Shown here in pieces: positions 16,425 through 23,550 of a DNA stretch of 38,178 bases. A model generated the notes under the pieces. The model was given only the letters and a program-made list of their open reading frames with translations. It made no database searches and was not told where the DNA came from. The first letter of the stretch is position 1; every line of letters begins with the position of its first letter. The position numbers and the translations under genes were made by a program. Source of the stretch: Candidatus Limimorpha sp. (GTDB lineage Bacteria; Bacteroidota; Bacteroidia; Bacteroidales; F082); contig JBGYWU010000032.1 in the NCBI GenBank assembly GCA_041842265.1, positions 1 to 38,178 on the forward strand. Direction: 5' to 3'.

Positions 16425-17477
16425 ATGACGAACAACATGCAAGACATCTTAATTAATTGGTATGCGGAAAACCGCCGCGACCTGCCCTGGAGAAACGATC
16501 CCACGCCCTACCAGGTATGGCTCTCCGAGGTTATCCTGCAACAGACCCGGGTCAACCAAGGCAAGGACTATTACCTGCGTTTCGTTGAGAAATGGCCTTC
16601 GGTGAACGAGCTCGCCCTGGCCTCTGAAGAGGAAGTATTGAAGTTGTGGCAAGGCCTCGGCTACTACTCGCGAGCACGCAACCTGCACCATTGCGCCCAA
16701 CAAGTCGTTACGGAGCATGGCGGCTCATTTCCGGCCGATTTCGATAAGCTAAAACGGCTCAAAGGCATTGGCGACTACACGGCGGCCGCCATCGCTTCCA
16801 TTGCTTTCAACCTTCCCCATGCCGTGGTCGACGGCAACGTATTCCGCGTGCTAGCGCGGCTCTTCGACATCGACACACCTATTAATATTAATGAGGGGCA
16901 TACTCTCTTCGCACACCTTGCCAATGAAATTCTCAACCGCAAACGACCAGGGAGCCACAACCAAGCCATGATGGAGTTTGGCGCACTGCACTGCACTCCC
17001 AAGAGCCCCAACTGCATGACATGCCCGTTACAAGCCCAGTGTTTGGCCTTTACCCGGCAAACCGTGATGCAACGCCCTGTGAAGCTGCAAAAGACGAAAG
17101 CCACGACAAGGCATTTCAACTATTTGGTTTTCAGAATTAAAGGCGAAATCTACCTGCACAAGCGAAGCAGCAACGACATCTGGAAAAACCTCTACGATTT
17201 CCCCTGCATCGAAAGCGGACAACCCATGTCGGCAGAAGAAGTCATCGCCACAGAACAGTTTCTTCAACTTATTGAAAACAAGCCTTTTACAATCACAAAA
17301 GTTTCCCCTATGCTTACCCACAAACTAACCCATCGCACCATCCTCGCCCAATTCATTGAAATAAAACTTGAACAAAAATTGTTGCAAATTGGAACAAAAG
17401 ACTTATTTTTGACCCGTGAAACGGACTTGGGCATTTTCCCCATTCCACGCTTAATAGACTTATATCTAAACAACTAA
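16425..17477 (+). CDS. mutY: A/G-specific adenine DNA glycosylase
   Basis: Contains RRDLPWR and PYQVWLSEVILQQTRV, HhH GIGDYTAAAI, the Fe-S Cys ladder CTPKSPNCMTCPLQAQC (C-x6-C-x2-C-x5-C), and a C-terminal NUDIX-like domain. Confidence 0.9.
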   Translation: MTNNMQDILINWYAENRRDLPWRNDPTPYQVWLSEVILQQTRVNQGKDYYLRFVEKWPSVNELALASEEEVLKLWQGLGYYSRARNLHHCAQQVVTEHGGSFPADFDKLKRLKGIGDYTAAAIASIAFNLPHAVVDGNVFRVLARLFDIDTPININEGHTLFAHLANEILNRKRPGSHNQAMMEFGALHCTPKSPNCMTCPLQAQCLAFTRQTVMQRPVKLQKTKATTRHFNYLVFRIKGEIYLHKRSSNDIWKNLYDFPCIESGQPMSAEEVIATEQFLQLIENKPFTITKVSPMLTHKLTHRTILAQFIEIKLEQKLLQIGTKDLFLTRETDLGIFPIPRLIDLYLNN

Positions 17478-17488
17478 TAGACCGCATT

Positions 17489-17941
17489 ATGGCAAGCTTA
17501 AACAAAGTCCTCCTCATAGGCCGCCTCGGGAAAGACCCCGAAGTGACCACTTTTGACAACGGCAGCCGCAAAATATCGGCCACTTTGGCCACTTCCGAAC
17601 GCTATCGCGACCGCGACAACAACTGGGTGGAGCAGACCGATTGGCACAACATTGTGGCGTGGGGCAACCTCGCCAACGACATCGCCGAAGGCCGCCGCAA
17701 CTACGCCAAGGGTGACTTGATGTATGTGGAAGGCCGGCTCAGAACCCGTCAATACACCGACCAACAAGGCATTGTGCGCTATGTTACCGAAATTATCGCC
17801 GACAAACTGATGCAGATGGCACCAGCCCGCCCTGCCCAACAATCGTCGTACGGCCAGCCCTACACACCGGCCACAGAGCCCTCACCCGGCTATATGCCTC
17901 AATCTTCCGTCCAAGACGAGGGCAGCGACCTTCCCTTTTAA
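17489..17941 (+). CDS. ssb: single-stranded DNA-binding protein
   Basis: OB-fold N-terminus MASLNKVLLIGRLGKDPE, a Pro/Gln-rich linker and the acidic tip DLPF. Confidence 0.95.
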   Translation: MASLNKVLLIGRLGKDPEVTTFDNGSRKISATLATSERYRDRDNNWVEQTDWHNIVAWGNLANDIAEGRRNYAKGDLMYVEGRLRTRQYTDQQGIVRYVTEIIADKLMQMAPARPAQQSSYGQPYTPATEPSPGYMPQSSVQDEGSDLPF

Positions 17942-18068
17942 CCTTTGATGCCATTTCGCATTGTAAGGAGGCTTTGGCAAAGCGCCGCCCGAAGGCCTGG
18001 CTTGACTTAGACAACAAGACGGAGCAAATCATACACATTATTCTTTACTATCGTACAGAATATTTTAT

Positions 18069-18076
18069 TATTTTTG
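18069..18076 (+). promoter_or_regulatory. -7 promoter box (TATTTTTG) upstream of gldE
   Basis: TAnnTTTG match on the plus strand, 25 nt upstream of the TTG start at 18102. Confidence 0.4.
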
Positions 18077-18101
18077 CAGCCTGAACAAAAAAGACACGAT
18101 T

Positions 18102-19451
18102 TTGGAAACACCAGACCCCGACCCTCTCATAGGACTTCTCACTGTTGTTGTAAACAACTTTTACACAGGATTTTCCGGGCATCGCATCAGCGCCATCATA
18201 GGATTGGTGGTGCTTTGTTTGTTGCTTGCCGCCTCAGCTTTGGTATCAAGCTGCGAGACAGCCTTTTTCTCACTCCAGCCTGCCGACATCGAAGATATCG
18301 AATCGCGCACCGACTCCAAAAGCAAGCTTGTGCTGAAACTCCGCGAAAAGCCCAAGACTTTATTGGCCACCATCTTAATTGCCAACAACTTTGTCAATGT
18401 CACCATCACCCTGCTTTCCACCTACATCATCACTCTGTTGTTCGACATGGCGAGCTATCCCGTGGCAGCATTTTTCATGGAAGTGGTGGTTGTTACCTCC
18501 ATGATACTCATCGTTGGAGAAATCACACCAAAGATCTATGCAGGCAACCGCCCTGTCAAGGTGGCAATGTTCATGGCGCGGCCATTGCGTTTCCTCATCG
18601 GGTTATTTAAACCCCTGAGCAAGCCGTTAGTCAACTCCACCTCGTTCATGGACAGACATTTGGAGAAAAAGAAAGGTGAAATATCGATGGAAGACCTCTC
18701 CACGGCGGTCGACATAGCCACCGAACAGTCCACGCCTCTCGAAGAGAAACAAATGCTGAAAGGCATCGCCTCTTTCAGCGAAAAAGAAGTGAGTGGCGTG
18801 ATGATTCCGCGCATCGACATCATCGGCGTGGAGAAAGGCATGGACTTCAGCTACATGCTGGCCGTCGTCATCAAAAGCGGATTCTCAAGGATTCCCGTAT
18901 ATGACGAAACTCTGGACCACGTGGAAGGCATCTTGTATGTGAAAGACCTTTTGCCCTATATCGACGCACAGTCCTACGAATGGCAGAAACTGATCCGCCC
19001 AGCCTTCTTCGTGCCCGAGAATCGAAAAATCAACGACCTGTTCCAAGACTTCCGCGAAAAGAAAATCCACATCGCCATTGTAGTCGACGAATACGGCGGC
19101 ACTTCGGGACTCATCACTATGGAGGATGTAATCGAGGAAATTGTAGGCGAAATCAACGACGAATTCGACGAGGCCAACTTGGAAGAACACTACTCCAAAC
19201 TCGAAGACGGCTCTTACCTTTTTAAAGCGCAGACAAGTATCGTTGACTTCTGCAAAGTATTTGGCTTGGATGAGAACTACTTTGAGCCCATGCAAGGCGA
19301 GGCTGACACCTTAGCCGGACTCATCCTTGAAATCGAAGGCCGCATCCCGGAAATCGGGTTCAAATTCGATTTCGAGAAGTTCAAAATGGAAATCACCGAT
19401 GCCAACAGCAAACGCATCAAGGAGGTGAAGGTTACATTTGACGAAGAATAA
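18102..19451 (+). CDS. gldE: GldE-like membrane protein (DUF21 TM domain, CBS pair, CorC/HlyC C-terminal domain)
   Basis: Domain order is recognisable by eye. It sits directly upstream of a GldD-like lipoprotein and downstream of mutY-ssb, as in Flavobacterium johnsoniae. A TTG start is inferred because no in-frame ATG precedes the first TM helix. Confidence 0.8.
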   Translation: METPDPDPLIGLLTVVVNNFYTGFSGHRISAIIGLVVLCLLLAASALVSSCETAFFSLQPADIEDIESRTDSKSKLVLKLREKPKTLLATILIANNFVNVTITLLSTYIITLLFDMASYPVAAFFMEVVVVTSMILIVGEITPKIYAGNRPVKVAMFMARPLRFLIGLFKPLSKPLVNSTSFMDRHLEKKKGEISMEDLSTAVDIATEQSTPLEEKQMLKGIASFSEKEVSGVMIPRIDIIGVEKGMDFSYMLAVVIKSGFSRIPVYDETLDHVEGILYVKDLLPYIDAQSYEWQKLIRPAFFVPENRKINDLFQDFREKKIHIAIVVDEYGGTSGLITMEDVIEEIVGEINDEFDEANLEEHYSKLEDGSYLFKAQTSIVDFCKVFGLDENYFEPMQGEADTLAGLILEIEGRIPEIGFKFDFEKFKMEITDANSKRIKEVKVTFDEE

Positions 19452-19455
19452 CAAT

Positions 19456-20046
19456 ATGAAAATCAACAAGCTCATCATCCCTTTGGTCATTTTGTCGGTT
19501 GGTTTCGCCGCTTTCTCATGCGACGATGGGGCGAATTACCTGCCCAAACCGCGCGGCTATTTCCGTATCGACTTGCCCGAGAAAACCTACACTAGGGTAG
19601 ACACCATCGAAAGATACAGCTTCGAGTGTCCCGACTACGCCATGATCACTTACGACCCCTACTCACCCGATGAGAAAAACTGGATCAACATGGAAATGCC
19701 ACAATTCAAGGGTTCCATCCACCTGACACACAAGCCTGTGAACGGCAATCTGGGGGAATACCTGGAAGATGTCCACACCATGGTAACAAAGCACCTTCAG
19801 AAAGCCAATGGCGTTCGCGACAGCTTGATTGTCAACGACGAACGCCAAGTCTATGGGCTGTTCATTGAGATGGACGGCAAAGGCGTGGCCACCCCGATGC
19901 AGTTCTACCTCACCGACAGCACCCGCAACTTTGTGCGCGGTGCCCTCTACTTCAATTTCAAGCCCGACAACGACTCAATGCAGCCTGTCATCAACTTTAT
20001 CCGCGAGGACATCGACCATCTGATCAACACCTTCGAGTGGAAATAA
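19456..20046 (+). CDS. gldD: GldD-like lipoprotein
   Basis: Start moved to ATG 19456 (MKINKLIIPLVILSVGFAAFSC lipobox). Contains LPKPRGYFRIDLP, KGSIHLTHKPV, QFYLTDSTRNFVRGALYF and a C-terminal EWK, matching my recollection of GldD. Confidence 0.8.
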   Translation: MKINKLIIPLVILSVGFAAFSCDDGANYLPKPRGYFRIDLPEKTYTRVDTIERYSFECPDYAMITYDPYSPDEKNWINMEMPQFKGSIHLTHKPVNGNLGEYLEDVHTMVTKHLQKANGVRDSLIVNDERQVYGLFIEMDGKGVATPMQFYLTDSTRNFVRGALYFNFKPDNDSMQPVINFIREDIDHLINTFEWK

Positions 20047-20274
20047 AGATTCGGGCGTATTAGGCCTACTGCCTGCACCTATCATCATCTCTTCGGAAAC
20101 AGGAAGCGGACGCATTTTCCAGAAAAAATTCTTATATCTGCAAATATTACAAAAAATGCAGTTTTCCAATTTTTTTTCGGCTGTTTTTCGTCAAAAAACA
20201 CTAATTTCGCGGCGCGAAACAAATTTTGCGCCGATGTAAATATAGTATTCACTTAAAAGAAAGGGGGAAGGCCT

Positions 20275-21192
20275 ATGATTAACAGCCTGAAAATCGGGGA
20301 ATTGATGTGGCGTCATCTCAACAACCCAACAGAAGAGGACTTTGAATTCCTGAAAGACCGATTTCATTTCCACCCTTTAGATATTGAAGACTGCAAATCG
20401 GTGAACCAACGCCCGAAAATCGACATCTACGATGATTACTACTTCCTCATCCTTCATTTCCCCAACTTCGACCGTCAGAACAAGTTCGTGAAAATCAAGG
20501 AAGTGAAGATATTTTGGGGCAAGGACTACATCATTTCCATAGAGAAAAAACCTTGGGGCGTGGCCCAACTCTTTGAAGAATATGAAGAACGCATGCAGAA
20601 CGGCGAAGCGATGAACTTCCGCAACTCCGATATCCTGCTCTACCGTATCCTTGAAAAACTGATGACCGAGTCGGTTTATCTGCTCCGCAAGGTCGGACTG
20701 GATGTTGAGCTGATCAACCGCGAGCTGTTTCAGGAAAGGCAGGTAAAAATCATCGAGCGTATCAGCGCGACACGCAAAAACCTCATCCTCATCAACACTA
20801 TCTTCAAGCCCCAATTGCGACTCTTCCATCTCTTCGAGACAGGTAAGGTGACTGGCTTCACGGACGATGTGGAATACATGGAAGACTACTGGGGCAACAT
20901 CCTTGACTATCTCCAAAAAGTATGGGACATGACCGAGGACTATGAGGAATTGATAGAAGGCCTCTCCATGACCTTCGACTCGATGCAGACCAACAAGACC
21001 AACGAAACCATGAAAATCCTCACCTTGGTGTCGACCATCATCCTGCCTTTGACTTTCATCACCGGCATTTATGGCATGAATGTTACACTACCCTTCCAAG
21101 CGGCCAGTTGGGCCTTCTGGGGCATCATGGGCTTCATGGCGGTGGTGGCGGTAGGGTTCTATATTTATTTCAGGCACAGGAAAATGATGTAA
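20275..21192 (+). CDS. corA: CorA-family magnesium/cobalt transporter
   Basis: Cytoplasmic N-terminal domain, two C-terminal TM helices and the YGMNV signature. Confidence 0.9.
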   Translation: MINSLKIGELMWRHLNNPTEEDFEFLKDRFHFHPLDIEDCKSVNQRPKIDIYDDYYFLILHFPNFDRQNKFVKIKEVKIFWGKDYIISIEKKPWGVAQLFEEYEERMQNGEAMNFRNSDILLYRILEKLMTESVYLLRKVGLDVELINRELFQERQVKIIERISATRKNLILINTIFKPQLRLFHLFETGKVTGFTDDVEYMEDYWGNILDYLQKVWDMTEDYEELIEGLSMTFDSMQTNKTNETMKILTLVSTIILPLTFITGIYGMNVTLPFQAASWAFWGIMGFMAVVAVGFYIYFRHRKMM

Positions 21193-21248
21193 GTGCCGTG
21201 CCTTTGTCCGCTGAAAGCAGACAAAGTGCGGTGTCTCTACAAACACCC

Positions 21249-22310
21249 TCAGTTCACCAGCAGTTTCTCGTACCTCACTATGGTGTTGTTGCGCATGAGT
21301 TTTACGATATAGCAACCCTTAGCGAAGCCATCAGGCAAAGTTAATGAGAATTCGCCAACGGCATATCCCGAAGCCTTGAGCAGCGTGCGTCCACAAAGGT
21401 CACAGACAGCGACGGCATCGAAGTCGATGCTATTGCCACTCACATGCAGTGTTTGTCCCTGCCCAACGGGATTGGGAAACAGACAAACAGGCGCGTTGCC
21501 CACCTCAACAGCGTTCCATGTCGGGTCCCAAATCATTCTGGCATACTCAGGATGGTCGACGAAGGGATTGCGGTTGTACTGATAATCATTGTAAATGGCC
21601 TCATTGCGGTCTCTTTCCTTTTCGCTTACGGGGTCTTGATCGTTCCAACGGAGCAGCATTTCGATTGCCCAAGGCTTGATTTCGGATTTGGTGGTCATGT
21701 CGCTCGAGCCCCAGCCACCGTCTTCGCCATAATAGCGCACACTCATGTACATGATGGCACGGGCAAAGTCTCCTTTATATTCGTCAATGGGTTCAAATGC
21801 CGTCCCGGAGAAGCCAGGGGTCTTGCAAGCACCCAATTTTGAGCCATTGCGCGAAGTCCAAGAGGCCGACCCGACCTCCCCGTATGCATAATTGCTGCGG
21901 CGACCGTTCACGTAACCGTCAGTCGGAAAGATATGGTGCAAGTCGGTGTTGGCGGTGCCGTCATTGTTGAACCAGCTCTTTGGCCATGAATGCTCACGGT
22001 TATAACAGTCGCCTTCGTTGTTAAAGTTGCCGCATTGGTCCTGACCAAGGTAATAAGTATAAGGAGGTGTGCTGTTGGGGCAATCGGAATACATGTCCCA
22101 AACCACGCCGTTGCCCTTGTTGTCGGTACTCCAGAAGGCGTTCCACAACTGCGCATACGAAATGGAAGAATGACCTTTAATGATGTTGTGCAAAGCCACC
22201 TTCAACTGGCTGCCTGTCAAGCCATTGGCAGAATTGTAGTAATTGGCGGGTTGCGCCTTGGCGAAAAGTGCCAACGACAAACCGAAAAATAAAGCTATTA
22301 ACTTTTTCAT
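21249..22310 (-). CDS. secreted endonuclease I family nuclease with T9SS C-terminal sorting domain
   Basis: Signal peptide MKKLIALFFGLSLALFAKAQ. Endonuclease I motifs NREHSWPKSWF and DLHHIFPTDGYVNGRRSNY. The C-terminal 80 aa (LFPNPVGQGQTLHV...GCYIVKL...EKLLVN) look like a Por/T9SS CTD. Confidence 0.8.
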   Translation of the reverse strand: MKKLIALFFGLSLALFAKAQPANYYNSANGLTGSQLKVALHNIIKGHSSISYAQLWNAFWSTDNKGNGVVWDMYSDCPNSTPPYTYYLGQDQCGNFNNEGDCYNREHSWPKSWFNNDGTANTDLHHIFPTDGYVNGRRSNYAYGEVGSASWTSRNGSKLGACKTPGFSGTAFEPIDEYKGDFARAIMYMSVRYYGEDGGWGSSDMTTKSEIKPWAIEMLLRWNDQDPVSEKERDRNEAIYNDYQYNRNPFVDHPEYARMIWDPTWNAVEVGNAPVCLFPNPVGQGQTLHVSGNSIDFDAVAVCDLCGRTLLKASGYAVGEFSLTLPDGFAKGCYIVKLMRNNTIVRYEKLLVN

Positions 22311-22379
22311 TTTGGTATTGTTCCGACCTTCAACGCTTCAACTGCGCCCAACGTTAGCGTGTTCATGGCCTCTGTTTTC

Positions 22380-22982
22380 TTATATCAAATCCGTGAACAA
22401 ATACAGCACCGAGACGACAACCATAAACACCGCGGCAGAAAACTCCACAAAACTCACCTTCTTGATCATCCCTGGAGCAAAGTCGATGCGCACCGTGATG
22501 AATGCCCACAAAAAGCCCGCCACAACCACCGCCAACAGAAACCATAAGCCGAAAGGCATGAAATGGCAGCACATCAGCGACATCAGCAGCGTGTTCGTCG
22601 CGGCAATGGCGGTAAGGGCCAATATGTCCCGGTTGTTACGAACCGTATAGAGCATCTTGCCTTTCAGCACTTTCATTGAGTCGACAAACAACTTGACGGC
22701 CACCACAATCATCATTGCAAAAACCAAGTAATCAGCAATATAGACAAAGAGATGGCAAATCATGCGGCTTATATTATAGCCGATGGTGGCAGCCACGCCT
22801 TGCGTTAGGCCAAACAACAGCGAAACCCAAAGTTTCTTCCCGGGTTCGTCATCGGCAGTGACCAAACTCACCGAGCGCGTGATTACAGGCGAAGTCAAAC
22901 AGAGGACAAAGATGATATTGATGATGATGGCCGCAGTGCTCATAACAGCCGCAAAGGTACACATTTTTACGATATGAGGCAT
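22380..22982 (-). CDS. polytopic membrane protein, weakly MntP/DUF204-like
   Basis: Start moved to ATG 22982 (MPHIVKM); the longer tracked ORF runs antisense into the IS. About six TM helices in two halves resemble the MntP layout, but the DAF-type acidic motifs are absent. Confidence 0.5.
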   Translation of the reverse strand: MPHIVKMCTFAAVMSTAAIIINIIFVLCLTSPVITRSVSLVTADDEPGKKLWVSLLFGLTQGVAATIGYNISRMICHLFVYIADYLVFAMMIVVAVKLFVDSMKVLKGKMLYTVRNNRDILALTAIAATNTLLMSLMCCHFMPFGLWFLLAVVVAGFLWAFITVRIDFAPGMIKKVSFVEFSAAVFMVVVSVLYLFTDLI

Positions 22983-23034
22983 TTTTGTCGAAACCCGGCT
23001 ACTGTTTATGCCCTTTCTTCGCCTTCCCAAAAAC

Positions 23035-23082
23035 TGCACTGAACCCTGAGGGTTGTTTGTCCAACTTTCAGGGTTCGGTACA
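23035..23082. repeat. 48-bp near-perfect palindrome at the IS left end
   Basis: TGCACTGAACCCTGAGGGTTG - TTTGTC - CAACTTTCAGGGTTCGGTACA. The arms are 21 nt with 1 mismatch and 3 G-T pairs, and each arm resembles the IS terminal repeat. Confidence 0.85.
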
Positions 23083-23110
23083 ATGCAAAGAGCGTCATCT
23101 TGACGGCAAC

Positions 23111-23530
23111 ATGGTTCGAGGATGGGTGTCCCGATACAAGGCCTATGGGGAAGAGGGTCTTCGCAAGTCATCGAAAGGCTACCACTTCACGCCAGCGGAA
23201 AAAGAGAGAATCGTTTTGGAGCATGTCGAAAAAGGCGTAACTTTGCAGCAGTTATGCCTCCGTTACGACGTGGACCGCAGCACGATTCTGTCGTGGTCAA
23301 GACGGGTTCGGTCGGGAGGCTCCTTGTATGACACAAAGCGTCGAGGACGCCCTCCAAAAAGCCCCATGGGAAGACCAAAGAAGAAAGAGCCGCAGACAGA
23401 ACTTGAGAAGCTTCAGGCAGAGAATCTCCGTCTGAGGGCAGAGAATGCGTTGCTAAAAAAAGTGAAGGACTTGGTCGAGGAACAGGAAGCCCAAGCACGG
23501 CCCAATGGGCAAAAGCCATCGACGGACTGA
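23111..23530 (+). CDS. IS3-family transposase OrfA (HTH protein), apparently lacking the first part of HTH-1
   Basis: First in-frame ATG lies after the palindrome. Sequence runs MVRGWVSRYKAYGEEGL, then a second HTH (TLQQLCLRYDVDRSTILSWSRRV), a basic stretch, and a leucine-zipper-like ELEKLQAENLRLRAENALLKKV. Confidence 0.8.
   Translation: MVRGWVSRYKAYGEEGLRKSSKGYHFTPAEKERIVLEHVEKGVTLQQLCLRYDVDRSTILSWSRRVRSGGSLYDTKRRGRPPKSPMGRPKKKEPQTELEKLQAENLRLRAENALLKKVKDLVEEQEAQARPNGQKPSTD
23455..23462 (+). other. programmed -1 ribosomal frameshift site A AAA AAA G
   Basis: Seven A then G (23455-23462); the orfA frame reads CUA AAA AAA GUG. The -1 frame is open from 23407 and reads KKSEGLGRGTGSPSTAQWAKAIDGLRPEYPLDLLLELGEMARSVSYYH into OrfB. 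Confidence 0.8.
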
Positions 23531-23550
23531 GGCCGGAATATCCCCTTGAC

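Noticed and set aside
22985-23110. The tracked orfA ORF begins MSKPGY at a TTG. This recalls the MSKPKY start of IS150 OrfA and would place the IS left end further left.
   Set aside because: The following 35 residues (CLCPFFAFPKTALNPEGCLSNFQG) show no HTH character and run straight through the 48-bp palindrome. No IR-like sequence lies upstream of 22985. I treat the resemblance as coincidental and start orfA at ATG 23111.
22983-23171. The tracked 263-aa minus-strand ORF (22380-23171) extends the membrane protein into the IS.
   Set aside because: The extra 63 residues are antisense to orfA and non-hydrophobic. ATG 22982 gives a sensible first TM helix.
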